From Pedosphaera sp. (GTDB lineage: Bacteria > Verrucomicrobiota > Verrucomicrobiia > Limisphaerales > SIBH01): a DNA stretch of 30,129 nt. Shown in pieces: positions 1 through 9,424 of the stretch. Both the position numbers and the translations under genes were made by a program. The notes under the pieces were generated by a model. That model saw nothing but the letters and a program-made list of their open reading frames with translations. It did not search any database and had not been told where the DNA came from. Position 1 is the stretch's first letter, and each line of letters starts with the position of its first letter. The DNA lies in the NCBI GenBank assembly GCA_031414955.1, contig JANOQV010000181.1, positions 1 to 30,129 on the forward strand, in the 5' to 3' direction.

Positions 1-1
1 C

Positions 2-199
2 GCGTCCGGTGGAGGCTCGGTAGAACAGCCGACCTTGATCAAAGCCGGCGAAGGGCATTTTGAGGAATCACGATTTGGAGACTATTCTGCCACGGTTTTG
101 GATCCAGAAGATCAAATTACCTTCTGGACAGTCCAGGAATATTCCCGCGGTGAGTTTGATTTGTGGGGCACTTGGATTTCAAAGGTTTCACGACGCTAA
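2..199 (+). CDS. 3' end of a gene truncated by the window start (65 aa); conserved RxGDYS...DP.D..TFW..QEY...WGTWI C-terminal motif, hypothetical protein
   Basis: Frame 2 is open from base 2 to TAA at 197-199: ASGGGSVEQPTLIKAGEGHFEESRFGDYSATVLDPEDQITFWTVQEYSRGEFDLWGTWISKVSRR*. Absent from the ORF track because the start lies outside the window. Confidence 0.8.
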   Translation, partial: ASGGGSVEQPTLIKAGEGHFEESRFGDYSATVLDPEDQITFWTVQEYSRGEFDLWGTWISKVSRR

Positions 200-231
200 T
201 CGACAATGGTTCAAAAATGATTCGAGGCCAT

Positions 232-789
232 ATGAAAATGTTTGCTTTAACCTTCTTCTTAGTCATGAGCTTCGTGAGGGCTTCTCAATCTCAGGGTGTT
301 TTTCTCGCCGGCAATCCAGGCAATCAAACACGACTGGGCTCCCTTGACGGTGCGTTCGCGGGCACGAACATCTATGGTTTGTTTCTGGCCGGACCGACGG
401 CCGCTTCGTTAGGCCCTGTTGGCCTGGTCATGGCCCATGTAAATGGCCGGGTTCCCACAAGAAGCGTGTCTGTTCCGAGCGTGCCTCCATACAGCTACGC
501 CTTCGTGCAATTCGTAGCGTGGGATGCTGGGCTCTGGGGAACAGATTGGCTCGCGGTGCCTGCGGATCAATTTGGGCGAACCGATATTGTTCAGGTATTC
601 CTGACGACGGGCATTTTCCCGGACGTCACCCTCGGACCGCAATTTACCCAACCCGCCATCGTGCCGGTGCCGGAGCCGGCGGGGTGGGCGTTGGTGGCGG
701 TGGCGGTGGGCGCGGCGGCGCTGGCCGGGCGGCGCGGAAAGAAGGGTTTGACCGGAGCGCGGCCCAACCCACCATCCTGGTTGCAATGA
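232..789 (+). CDS. PEP-CTERM sorting domain-containing secreted protein
   Basis: Signal-peptide-like N-terminus MKMFALTFFLVMSFVRASQSQG (ATG 232; ATG 217 also possible). C-terminal VPEP, hydrophobic helix and basic cluster: VPEPAGWALVAVAVGAAALAGRRGKK. Confidence 0.85.
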   Translation: MKMFALTFFLVMSFVRASQSQGVFLAGNPGNQTRLGSLDGAFAGTNIYGLFLAGPTAASLGPVGLVMAHVNGRVPTRSVSVPSVPPYSYAFVQFVAWDAGLWGTDWLAVPADQFGRTDIVQVFLTTGIFPDVTLGPQFTQPAIVPVPEPAGWALVAVAVGAAALAGRRGKKGLTGARPNPPSWLQ

Positions 790-845
790 CTTTCGAGCTT
801 GACGCGTTTGGCCTGTTTTCGTTGTCCAGACGCCGAAATAAACAG

Positions 846-873
846 TTGCCCCCACCCTGCCCTTTGCTATGGT
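846..873 (+). promoter_or_regulatory. Putative sigma70 promoter for rpsB-tsf
   Basis: TTGCCC (846-851), 16-nt spacer, TATGGT (868-873) with an extended -10 TG at 865-866. Confidence 0.4.
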
Positions 874-984
874 GCCGCCCCTTTAGGAGGGCCGCTGGCA
901 TTGGTCAAACGGCACTTCGAGGGGAAAACGGCCTTCAATATCCGTCGCTCGGGTGAGCGCGGTGGCCACAACAACATTAAATTA

Positions 985-1115
985 AATCCCGTCATTTCGC
1001 GGGATGGGCTGGCCGAGATTTCGGCTCCAGCTCGAAAGTTGGAACCGGGTTCACGCTGAAGCGTGTTTCCCGAACAAGCTGAAGCTTGGCCTCCAACCGG
1101 AACCATTGGAAATAC
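985..1115 (+). promoter_or_regulatory. Structured 5' leader of rpsB (candidate S2 autoregulatory element)
   Basis: Hairpins atcccg/cgggat and gggctgg-ccga-gatt-tcgg-ct-ccagctc. Helix gttgga(1038-1043)/tccaac(1092-1097) encloses cacgc-TGAA-gcgtg and caagc-TGAA-gcttg. Confidence 0.55.
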
Positions 1116-1910
1116 ATGACAACCATCGGAGTCAAAGAACTGCTCGAAGCCGGCGTCCATTTCGGACACCAGACACGTCGTTGGAATCCCAAGATGAAGC
1201 CTTTCATCTTCGACGCCCGCAACGGCATCCACATCATCGATCTGAGCAAGAGCGCCCAGCAACTCGACGCGGCCTGTAGTTACTTGGCCGGCGTGGTGCG
1301 CAAGGGCGGACAGATCCTGTTCGTCGGCACCAAGAAGCAGGCCCAGGAAACCATCAAGGACTCGGCCAAGACCTGCGGCCAGCTCTACGCCACGGAACGC
1401 TGGCTGGGCGGCACGCTGACCAATTTCCAGACCGTCAAGAAATCCATCGCCCGCATGAAGGCCATCGAGAAGATGGAATCGGATGGTTCGATCAACGACT
1501 ACGTGAAGCAGGAGCAGTCGATGATCCGCCGCGAGCATGCGCGCCAGGTCAAATACTTTGATGGCATTCGCGCCATGGAAAAGTTTCCCGCCGCCATGTT
1601 CGTGGTGGATGTGAAGCGCGAACACAACGCGGTGGCCGAGGCCCGCCGCCTGAAGATTCCAGTCGTGGCCATCGTGGACACGAACTCCGATCCCGATCTC
1701 GTGGATTACCCCATCGCCGGCAACGACGACGCCATCCGCTCGGTGCGCCTGATCCTCAGTGCCATCGTGCAGGCCGTCGGCGAAGCCAAGGCCGACTACG
1801 ATTCAAAACGCGCCCGGGGCGGCAAGAGCGCCGAACAGGCCGAAGTTCCGGCCTCGGCGGTGGAAGCCGTCCCTGCTACGGAACCTGCTCCGGCTGCTCC
1901 GGCCGCCTAA
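1116..1910 (+). CDS. rpsB: 30S ribosomal protein S2
   Basis: ELLEAGVHFGHQTRRWNPKM, RWLGGTLTNF, AIVDTNSDP, PIAGNDDAIRS. Start placed at ATG 1116. Confidence 0.99.
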   Translation: MTTIGVKELLEAGVHFGHQTRRWNPKMKPFIFDARNGIHIIDLSKSAQQLDAACSYLAGVVRKGGQILFVGTKKQAQETIKDSAKTCGQLYATERWLGGTLTNFQTVKKSIARMKAIEKMESDGSINDYVKQEQSMIRREHARQVKYFDGIRAMEKFPAAMFVVDVKREHNAVAEARRLKIPVVAIVDTNSDPDLVDYPIAGNDDAIRSVRLILSAIVQAVGEAKADYDSKRARGGKSAEQAEVPASAVEAVPATEPAPAAPAA

Positions 1911-1923
1911 GGAAGTTTCATCC

Positions 1924-1959
1924 GAGGCGAAGAGCCGGCTTGGGCCGTCTCTTCGCCTC
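1924..1959 (+). promoter_or_regulatory. Strong intercistronic hairpin between rpsB and tsf
   Basis: gaggcgaagag (1924-1934) and ctcttcgcctc (1949-1959) form a perfect 11-bp stem, with inner cggc-ttgg-gccg; no U-tract follows. Confidence 0.6.
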
Positions 1960-1977
1960 TCAACTTTCAACTCTCAA
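1957..1977 (+). repeat. Tandem heptamer array CTYTCAA x3
   Basis: ctctcaa ctttcaa ctctcaa just upstream of tsf. Confidence 0.65.
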
Positions 1978-1994
1978 CCAATAACTAAAGACTT

Positions 1995-2840
1995 ATGGCA
2001 GAAATTACCGCAGGCGCAGTCGCCAAACTCCGCGCAATGACCGGGGCGGGCCTGATGGATTGCAAAAAGGCGCTCATCGAAGCGAGCGGCGAACTCGAAG
2101 CGGCCGTGGACATCCTCCGCAAGAAAGGCCAGGCCTCGGCCTCCAAGAAGGCCGGCCGCGACGCCAAGGAAGGCGTCATCGCCAGCCATATCGCGCCGGG
2201 TGCACGGGTGGGCCTGATCGTGGAAATCAACTGCGAAACCGACTTCGTGGCGCGCAATGACAGTTTCCTGGCCTTCTGCGATGACATCGCCAAGAAGCTG
2301 GCCGCGAACCCGAACGCCGACCTCGAAGCGGACCGCGTGGCCGCCGTCTCCAAGATTGGCGAGAATGTTCTCATCAACCGTCATCAACGCATCGAAGTCG
2401 CCGGCAACGGACTCGTCGCGGCTTACATTCACACCGGCGCAAAAGTCGGCGTGCTGGTGGAAGTCGGGGCGAACCACGAAGCCACCACCCAGCGCGATGA
2501 GTTCAAGCAACTCGTCCGTGACATCACCCTGCAAATCGCCGCCGCCCACCCTGGCGTGGTGACGCGCCAAGAGGTGCCGGCCGAAGTCATCGCCAAGGAG
2601 GACGAGATCAACAAGCAGTCCGACCGTTTGAAAGGCAAGCCTGCCCAGGCCCTGGAAAAAATTCTCCAGGGCATGCGCGACAAGTTCTTCCAGACCTACT
2701 GCCTCGTGGATCAGGGCTTCGTGAAGAACCCTGACCTGACCTTGGGCCAGCACGTTGGCTCGGTTTCCAAATCCATCGGGGATGAAATCAGCATCCGCCG
2801 ATTCGTGCGCTTTCAGGTCGGCGAAGCCGCCGCTGCCTAA
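1995..2840 (+). CDS. tsf: Translation elongation factor Ts
   Basis: LRAMTGAGLMDCKKAL, EINCETDFVARN, IRRFVRFQVGE; lies downstream of rpsB. Confidence 0.99.
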   Translation: MAEITAGAVAKLRAMTGAGLMDCKKALIEASGELEAAVDILRKKGQASASKKAGRDAKEGVIASHIAPGARVGLIVEINCETDFVARNDSFLAFCDDIAKKLAANPNADLEADRVAAVSKIGENVLINRHQRIEVAGNGLVAAYIHTGAKVGVLVEVGANHEATTQRDEFKQLVRDITLQIAAAHPGVVTRQEVPAEVIAKEDEINKQSDRLKGKPAQALEKILQGMRDKFFQTYCLVDQGFVKNPDLTLGQHVGSVSKSIGDEISIRRFVRFQVGEAAAA

Positions 2841-2868
2841 GTCAAACAGCCTCTCACTGTCACATTTC

Positions 2869-2900
2869 AAAGCCGCTCTTCTCACGAAGCGCGGCTTTTT
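2869..2900 (+). terminator. Rho-independent terminator after tsf (possibly bidirectional)
   Basis: aaagccgc-t-cttc-tcac-gaag-c-gcggcttttt, located between convergent genes. Confidence 0.8.
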
Positions 2901-2939
2901 CATTTCGTCTGCGGCCGCACCATTCGCGGATGCCTCGGC

Positions 2940-4373
2940 TCAGGCCAGCAGCTTGTTCACGACCTCACCATGAACATCCGTCAGGCGGAAGTCACGGCCC
3001 TGGAAACGATGAGTGAGCTTGGTGTGGTCGAAACCAAGCAGGTGCAACAGGGTCGCGTGCAAATCGTGGACGTGAACCTTGTCTTTCGTGGCGTTGAAAC
3101 CCAATTCGTCGGATTCGCCGAGCGTGAGTCCGGGCTTCACGCCGCCGCCCGCCAGCCAGTAGGAGAAGCAGTTCGGATGATGGTCGCGTCCATCATTGCC
3201 GCCCTGCACCATGGGCGTGCGCCCAAACTCGCCGCCCCAGATCACCAGCGTGTCCTCGAGCAGACCGCGCTGTTTCAAATCCTTCACCAAGGCGGCGCTG
3301 GCCTGGTCCGTGTTCTTGCAGTTCTTCTTCAGCCCGCTGGTCAGATCGCCGTGCTGATCCCATGACTCGTGGAAAATCTCCACGAAGCGCACGCCCCGCT
3401 CGATGAGCCGCCGCGCCAGCAGGCAACTGTTCGCATAGGAAGACTTGCCCGGCTCCGCACCGTACATTTCCAGCGTGGCCTTGGACTCCTTGGAGATATC
3501 CATCAGGTCCGGCGCGCTGGCCTGCATCCGATACGCCATCTCATAGGAGTTGATGCGCGTGGCGATCTCCGGATCGCCGACCAGATCAAGGTGCTTTCTG
3601 TTCAGCTTGTTGATGGTGTCGAGCGTGTCACGCTGCATCTCCTTGTCCACGCCGGGAGGATTGGAAAGGTAGAGAACCGGATCGCCCACGTTGCGAAAAA
3701 GCGTGCCTTGATAAGCCGAGGGTAAAAAGCCGGCCCCCCAGTTTGACGCGCCACCGCTGGTCCCCTTTCCGCCCGTGCTGAAGACGACGAAGCCCGGCAA
3801 GTCCTGCGCCTCACTGCCCAGCCCGTAAGTCGTCCAAGCCCCAAAGCTCGGCCGCCCAAACTGCTGAGATCCGGTGTTCATCATGATTTGTGCGGGCGCA
3901 TGATTGAAGGCATCGGTATGCATCGACTTGATGATGGCGATGTCGTCCGCCACTTCGGCCAGGCCGGGCAGCAACTCGGAAAGTTCCGCGCCGGATTGCC
4001 CGTGCTTCTTGAACTTGAACTTCGGCCCGAGCAACGACGAATTCGGCGTGATGAAGGCGGAGCGATAACCCTTGAGCAAATCCGCCGGCGGCAGTTTGCC
4101 GTCAAACTTCGTCAGTTCCGGTTTGTGGTCGAACAACTCCAAATGGCTCGGTCCGCCCGCCTGGAAAAGATAGATGACACGCTTGGCCTTGGGCTTGAAG
4201 TGCGGCTGGCGTGGCGCCATCGGGTTGAGCGAAGGCGCGCCCGATGCAGTGCCCTGGCCAAACAAAGTTCCGAGCGCAATGGCGCCGAGGCCGACACCAC
4301 ACTGCTGGAAGAACCACCGGCGCGTGATCTCCGTCTGGTTGAGCCCGCGATAAAGATGAGATTGGCAATTCAT
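2940..4373 (-). CDS. DUF1501 domain protein (sulfatase-like), Tat signal
   Basis: TRRWFFQ twin-arginine leader, [57 protein letters not shown]. Confidence 0.92.
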   Translation of the reverse strand: MNCQSHLYRGLNQTEITRRWFFQQCGVGLGAIALGTLFGQGTASGAPSLNPMAPRQPHFKPKAKRVIYLFQAGGPSHLELFDHKPELTKFDGKLPPADLLKGYRSAFITPNSSLLGPKFKFKKHGQSGAELSELLPGLAEVADDIAIIKSMHTDAFNHAPAQIMMNTGSQQFGRPSFGAWTTYGLGSEAQDLPGFVVFSTGGKGTSGGASNWGAGFLPSAYQGTLFRNVGDPVLYLSNPPGVDKEMQRDTLDTINKLNRKHLDLVGDPEIATRINSYEMAYRMQASAPDLMDISKESKATLEMYGAEPGKSSYANSCLLARRLIERGVRFVEIFHESWDQHGDLTSGLKKNCKNTDQASAALVKDLKQRGLLEDTLVIWGGEFGRTPMVQGGNDGRDHHPNCFSYWLAGGGVKPGLTLGESDELGFNATKDKVHVHDLHATLLHLLGFDHTKLTHRFQGRDFRLTDVHGEVVNKLLA

Positions 4374-4377
4374 CGAA

Positions 4378-7300
4378 TCATTCCTTCGTAATCGTTTCGT
4401 CCAGATTCAGCAGCACGCGGGACACAACGGTGTAAGCCGCGAGTTGCGCGGGCGTCGCTCCGGCAGGCAAATCCTTGGGCACCGAATTCGTGCCCGTGGC
4501 CACCTCGGCTGGATTCACCCAGCCATCGGCGATGCGCTGCTTCTCCTTGTTGAGCAAGGCCATCAATTCCCGCGTCTCGTCCGGCTGCGGCGTCCGCGCC
4601 AGCGCGCGACGGAAGGCGTAGGCGATGCGCTGCTCGTCGCTCTTGCCACCGTTGGCCAGCGTCTGGCGCGCGAGCGCTTGCGAACACTCGACAAAGAGCG
4701 GCTCGTTCAAGGACACCAAGGCCTGCAGCGGCGAGTTGGAACGCTGACGGCGCACGCAGGAAACGTCGGCGTTCGGCACGTCGAAGGTCTGGAGCGCAGG
4801 GAAAGGCGTCGAGCGGCGGCGGAAAGTGTAGAGGCCGCGGCGGTATTTGTCCGGGCCGGTCTCGTGCTTCCACGGGAACGGGGCGTAGCTTGTCGGCGGC
4901 TCGAACAAGAACGCCGGCGCGGGCGACATGATGCTCGCCCCTCCCAGCTTCGGGTTTAGCAAACCGCTCGCGGCCAGCGCGATGTCGCGGATGATTTCGC
5001 CTTCCACGCGGAAACGCGGTCCGCGCGCCAGCAGGCGATTGTAAGGATCATTCTCGTATGACTCGGAGGAGAGCTTGGATGACTGGCGGTAAGTCGCGCT
5101 GCCCACGATCAGGCGGTGCAGGTGCTTGAGGCTCCAGCCATTGTCCATGAAATCGCAGGCCAGCCAGTCGAGCAATTCGGGATGCGAAGGTGCGTCGCAC
5201 TGCATGCCGAAATCCTCTGAAGTCGCCACGAGTCCGGTGCCGAAATAAGCCTGCCAGACGCGGTTCACGATTACTCGCGCCGTGGTGGGAGCCTTCCGAT
5301 CCACCATCCACTTCGCAAACGTAAGCCGGGAGCCATCAGCGGCGTCGGGCAACGGATTGAGAAACGCCGGCACGCCGGGCGGGACTTGTTTGGCGGGCTT
5401 CAACCAATCACCACGGCGCAGGACATGGGTCGGCCGAGGGTCTGCACGGGAGAGCAAGGACATGGAGGTTGCTCCATCGGGATAATCCTTCCACAGCGCT
5501 TCAATTTTCTCATGGCCGTCCTTCCATTCCGGCATCGTCGTGCGCCAATAAGCAAACACCGTGGCCACCTGCACGGACGAACGCTGCGCGCGCGGGATGG
5601 GCAGAATCTCCCGCACCTTTTTCGGCACCGGATCCGCCTTCACTCCGCCGGTCGTCTTGGTCGCGCGGATGCGGAACCGGCCGAGATTGTTGTTCATGTG
5701 GTCGTCGCTGTTCCAGCCGCCGTGATCCTGCTGGAGTCCAATCCGCCAATAAGTGCCGTTCGTGAAACCCGCCGGCTTTTCCGCCACGAACACCGCCTTG
5801 CGATCCTGATTGCGTCGCCCCGGTCCCACATTGATGCCCCATGCGGTCCGGGCGTTGCCGTCGATGGCGAAGTGGATCGGTCCGGTGGTGCGGGCATTGG
5901 TGGTCTTGTCGTCGTAGTTCCTTTCCAGAGCCCGCTCCGGCTGTTCAACATCCGCCGTCGCTTCCTTCCACTTGATCTTCACCTTGTTCGTCGGCTGCTT
6001 CGCATCCATCGCCTCGACGAGGAATTCACTCAAGGCACAGGTGCCGTTGAAGGCTCGGCCTGGCCCGCCGTAGGGCAAATCCGGATCGGTGAGCAGCTCG
6101 ATTTGAAAAGCGGTGATGCCGCTCAGATCATTCGTCACACGGAACCACTGCGTCATCTTCGTCGGCGCATAACCGCAGGCCAACATCGAACCGTCCTTCT
6201 TGACCTCGTAGCGCTGCGCCTTGTCGCCCTCCTGTTCGAGATCGCTGATCGTGATCCACTCCGGCTGGTTGCCCTGCACGGATTCCTCCCACGCCGCCAT
6301 ACGCTTTTCCCAGTCCGGGAGGCGGTGCTTCAGATCTTCCTCCACTTCGCTCATTTTGCGCCGTGCGTCCGCAATCTGCATCTGCTGCTCAGGCGAATAC
6401 ACCACTGGACGCGCCTCGTGATCGCTGTTGAGAAAGGCGAACATCCGGTAATACTCCTCGTGCGAAATAGGATCGTATTTGTGCGTGTGACACTGCGCGC
6501 ATTGAATGGTCACGCCCAGCACCGCCTTTCCCACCGCATCCATTCGATCAAACATCGCCTCCATGCGGAACTGCTCCGGATCAATGGCCCCCTCCATGTT
6601 GACCATCGAATTGCGCAGGAAGCCCGTGGCCACAATCTGGTCCTGCTTCGCCTTCGGCAACTGGTCGCCGGCCAGTTGTTCAATGATAAACTGATCGTAC
6701 CCCAAATCACGATTCAAGGCGTTCACTACATAATCCCGATACGGCCACATCTCGCGCGACATGTCCTTCTCGTAACCATCGCTGTCCGCATAACGAGCCG
6801 CATCCAGCCAGTGACGTCCCCAGCGTTCGCCATAGTGTGGCGAGGCGAGCAACTTCTCCACCGCCTTGCCATAGGAAGCCTTCGACTTGTCGGCGAGAAA
6901 GGCGTCCACCTCCTCCGGCATCGGCGGCAACCCAACGAGGTCGAGATGCAAACGACGCAACAAAGTCACCTTTTCCGCCTCGGGCGACGGCTTGAGCTTT
7001 TCCTTTTCCAACCGAGCGAGCACAAACGCGTCAACCGGATTTTGAGTTTTGGATTTCAGAGATCGAATTTCTGGCACCACGGGCTTCACCGGAGCCTTGA
7101 AGGCCCAATGATTTTTCGGGTCTTTCTCGCCGGAAATTTTCTCTGGCATGATCGCTCCCTGATCAATCCACGCCCGCAGCACCCCCACCTGCTCCGCCGC
7201 AAGCCTCTCGCCCTTTTTCGGCATCTTCAGTTCCTCGTGCAGTCCCGAGACCGCATGAATCAACAGGCTCTCCGCGCTCTGCCCCGGGACGAGGACGGGG

Positions 7301-7533
7301 CCGCGTTCGCCGCCCTTCAAGGAAAGCTCGCGCTGATCGAGCCGCAATCCTGACTCAGCGCGTTTCGGTCCGTGGCAATTCCAGCACGTCCCCTCAAAGA
7401 TCGGCCGCACGTCCCGGCCGAAATCAACCGGGCGCGTGGCGGCGGGCGGGAGTTTGGAAAGATCCACGGCGGCCTGACTGGGCAGGAGGCCAGCCAGCAA
7501 CGCACACAAGGCCGTCAAAAGTTTTTTTCGCAT
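4378..7533 (-). CDS. Planctomycete-type cytochrome c / DUF1549 (PSD1) / DUF1553 protein
   Basis: Signal peptide [13 protein letters not shown] (ATG 7533), CWNCH and [44 protein letters not shown]; paired with the DUF1501 gene. Confidence 0.93.
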   Translation of the reverse strand: MRKKLLTALCALLAGLLPSQAAVDLSKLPPAATRPVDFGRDVRPIFEGTCWNCHGPKRAESGLRLDQRELSLKGGERGPVLVPGQSAESLLIHAVSGLHEELKMPKKGERLAAEQVGVLRAWIDQGAIMPEKISGEKDPKNHWAFKAPVKPVVPEIRSLKSKTQNPVDAFVLARLEKEKLKPSPEAEKVTLLRRLHLDLVGLPPMPEEVDAFLADKSKASYGKAVEKLLASPHYGERWGRHWLDAARYADSDGYEKDMSREMWPYRDYVVNALNRDLGYDQFIIEQLAGDQLPKAKQDQIVATGFLRNSMVNMEGAIDPEQFRMEAMFDRMDAVGKAVLGVTIQCAQCHTHKYDPISHEEYYRMFAFLNSDHEARPVVYSPEQQMQIADARRKMSEVEEDLKHRLPDWEKRMAAWEESVQGNQPEWITISDLEQEGDKAQRYEVKKDGSMLACGYAPTKMTQWFRVTNDLSGITAFQIELLTDPDLPYGGPGRAFNGTCALSEFLVEAMDAKQPTNKVKIKWKEATADVEQPERALERNYDDKTTNARTTGPIHFAIDGNARTAWGINVGPGRRNQDRKAVFVAEKPAGFTNGTYWRIGLQQDHGGWNSDDHMNNNLGRFRIRATKTTGGVKADPVPKKVREILPIPRAQRSSVQVATVFAYWRTTMPEWKDGHEKIEALWKDYPDGATSMSLLSRADPRPTHVLRRGDWLKPAKQVPPGVPAFLNPLPDAADGSRLTFAKWMVDRKAPTTARVIVNRVWQAYFGTGLVATSEDFGMQCDAPSHPELLDWLACDFMDNGWSLKHLHRLIVGSATYRQSSKLSSESYENDPYNRLLARGPRFRVEGEIIRDIALAASGLLNPKLGGASIMSPAPAFLFEPPTSYAPFPWKHETGPDKYRRGLYTFRRRSTPFPALQTFDVPNADVSCVRRQRSNSPLQALVSLNEPLFVECSQALARQTLANGGKSDEQRIAYAFRRALARTPQPDETRELMALLNKEKQRIADGWVNPAEVATGTNSVPKDLPAGATPAQLAAYTVVSRVLLNLDETITKE
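7036..7070 (-). repeat. Degenerate in-frame heptamer array inside the DUF1553 gene
   Basis: Minus strand aaattcg atctctg aaatcca aaactca aaatccg, encoding part of [12 protein letters not shown]; an AT-rich patch in a GC-rich gene. Confidence 0.45.
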
Positions 7534-7647
7534 GAGAGCAATCCCGATATTCGGTTGAATGTTGCTTACGACGAATTCCGCGTCACACAAATTCGCGGCA
7601 ACCTCTGCGCCGCAGGCCGCGATTCGATGCACCAGCCCCGAACTGCT

Positions 7648-8112
7648 TCAGACCTCGCCCCGGAATCCCTGTTGCCGCAAAGCTTCGTAGAGCACGAGGG
7701 CCACGCAGTTGGAAAGGTTCAGCGAACGTGCGTCGGGATTGAACATGGGAATGCGCAGCCAGCGTCCGTGATTTTCCTCCAGCAACACTCGGGGCAGTCC
7801 CGCCGTCTCCCGGCCAAAGACCAGATAGTCCTCCCCGGCAAAGTCCGCCTCGGTGTAATGCCGGCTGCCGCCAGATTCGACCCACCACAGCCGCGCCTCC
7901 GGCGGAAGCCCCGCCGCAAACACGTTCCAGCTTTTCCAGCGATGCCAATGGACCTGCTGCCAGTAGTCCATGCCGGCGCGCTTGAGTTGTGCATCGTCGA
8001 GTTTGAAACCGAACGGCTCGATCAAGTGCAGGGTCGTCCGCGTGGCGGCACAAAGGCGCGCGACATTGCCGGTGTTGGGCGGAATCTCCGGTTCCACGAG
8101 CACGATGTTCAT
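7648..8112 (-). CDS. trmL: tRNA (cytidine(34)-2'-O)-methyltransferase (SpoU family)
   Basis: MNIVLVEPEIPPNTGNVARLC, LKRAGMDYW, FGRETAGLP, IPM...RSLNLSN. Start placed at ATG 8112. Confidence 0.95.
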   Translation of the reverse strand: MNIVLVEPEIPPNTGNVARLCAATRTTLHLIEPFGFKLDDAQLKRAGMDYWQQVHWHRWKSWNVFAAGLPPEARLWWVESGGSRHYTEADFAGEDYLVFGRETAGLPRVLLEENHGRWLRIPMFNPDARSLNLSNCVALVLYEALRQQGFRGEV

Positions 8113-8148
8113 GTGGAGGATGTTGAAGCGGAGCAATCCAAGCGGCAA

Positions 8149-8925
8149 CTACTTCACACCCGGAACCGCCTTCTTCGGCCGGCCATAAAAAACCTTCCAC
8201 AACACCAACCCATGCGCGGGTGCCGTCATGCCAGCGGCGCGGCGATCCTTCGCCTCCAGCATGGCCCGCACTTGATCGGGTGAAAACCGGCCCCGGCCGA
8301 CCTGCACGAGCGTGCCCACCAGGCCCCGGCACATCTTGTAGAGAAAGCCGTCGCCCTCGATGAGGAAGGTGAGCGCGGGGCCGCTGCGTTTCACCTCACA
8401 ACGGGTCAGCGTGCGCACGTTGGATTCCATCTCATAGTTCCGGTTGGCCGCGAATGACTTGAAGTCATGGCGGCCCACCAGCAGACGGGCCGCGCACCGC
8501 ATGGCCGCCAAGTCGAGCGTCCCCGGCACATGCCAGGCCTGCGTGCGCCGCAAGGGATTCTCGGCGGGATGATTCCAGACCGCGTAGCGGTATTGTTTGC
8601 CGCGCGCGTCGAAGCGCGCGTGGAAACCGGCGGCGGCACGACTGGCCTCGAGCACGCGAACGTCCTCCGGCAGGCAGGCATTGATGGCCACGAGGAGCTT
8701 GCGCGCCGTCATGCGAAACTCAGCTTTCGGCACTTCAAAATGTGCCACCATGCCCAAAGCATGAACTCCCGTGTCCGTCCGGCTCGAACCATGCACCCGG
8801 CCGGCGTGAGGGAACAGCGTCCTCAGGGCCTCCTCGACGCGCTGTTGCACCCCCAGTCCGACCTTTTGCACCTGCCAGCCTTGGTAGTGTGTGCCGTCGT
8901 AAGCGATGACGAGGCGAAACTTCAA
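8149..8925 (-). CDS. truA: tRNA pseudouridine(38-40) synthase
   Basis: IAYDGTHYQGWQ, SSRTDTGVHA, FHARFDA, GRHDFKSF, FLYKMCR, TAPAHGL. Start uncertain; TTG at 8925 matches the usual N-terminus. Confidence 0.93.
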   Translation of the reverse strand: MKFRLVIAYDGTHYQGWQVQKVGLGVQQRVEEALRTLFPHAGRVHGSSRTDTGVHALGMVAHFEVPKAEFRMTARKLLVAINACLPEDVRVLEASRAAAGFHARFDARGKQYRYAVWNHPAENPLRRTQAWHVPGTLDLAAMRCAARLLVGRHDFKSFAANRNYEMESNVRTLTRCEVKRSGPALTFLIEGDGFLYKMCRGLVGTLVQVGRGRFSPDQVRAMLEAKDRRAAGMTAPAHGLVLWKVFYGRPKKAVPGVK

Positions 8926-9234
8926 ATGCGGCGCAGCACCGCCACCGACCTCCGGCTCCGGACAGGCTTTTGGTTCATCATTTGTTTGGTTGTGTTGGCG
9001 CACTTCCCGGAATGTCCGCTCCCCACCTTCCCATGGACAAGGAAGAAACACCCCTGGGCGCATTCGGCGAAACCACCGGCCTGCCATGCTCCTACCGAAC
9101 AGACCTTCTGACCTGTGCGCCATGGTCCAAACCATACGGCGTTGAGCACGAACGCCCGCCCGGTGGGGGGACGCTTTGATGCGCAAGGTTCGGGACAAAA
9201 CCCTGGGGTGGCGCGGAACACGACTCATCAAGCG

Positions 9235-9396
9235 AAAGTGGGATTGAAAGTAGCGATCACGGAGGGCGGGTGTTTAACCCGCAGCCAAGTGCAGTGGAGT
9301 GCCGTGTCGGCCAGCTCGGGCGCTCGGCTTGGCGAGAGCCGGCGAGGGCAAACCCACGCTCCCTCCTAACGTGACCGACGCTTCCAATCGCCCCCC
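9235..9396. repeat. TIR-bounded palindromic element, copy B (degenerate)
   Basis: Left end aaagtgggattgaaagtagcgatcacggag matches the copy A left end at 19/25, plus the following cggag. Right end gtgaccgacgcttccaatcgcccc. Inner arms ggagggcgggt... and ...acccacgctccc. Confidence 0.6.
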
Positions 9397-9424
9397 ATTG
9401 AGCGCCGATTGCTTGCAACGGCGG

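Noticed and set aside
787..956. Small ORF beginning MTFELDA (superficially like BrnT-type toxin starts)
   Set aside because: The resemblance is limited to a few residues, and the rest overlaps the candidate rpsB promoter and leader.
2841..2939. Absence of pyrH-frr after tsf
   Set aside because: Operon breakage after tsf is an ordinary rearrangement, and a clear terminator is present.
5386..7353. Long antisense/overlapping ORFs (e.g. 5386-7353 +, 11986-14640 -, 20059-21729 +, 9299-10588 +, 23653-24891 -)
   Set aside because: Shadow ORFs opposite well-supported genes, expected in high-GC DNA; no recognisable motifs.
8982..9234. Possible riboswitch or ncRNA upstream of truA; N-terminal extension of truA to 9231
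   Set aside because: Only weak hairpins and no recognisable aptamer consensus; the extension has no similarity to TruA.
9235..9396. Integron attC interpretation of the TIR elements
   Set aside because: No RYYYAAC...GTTRRRY core pair at the element ends and no integron integrase in the window.
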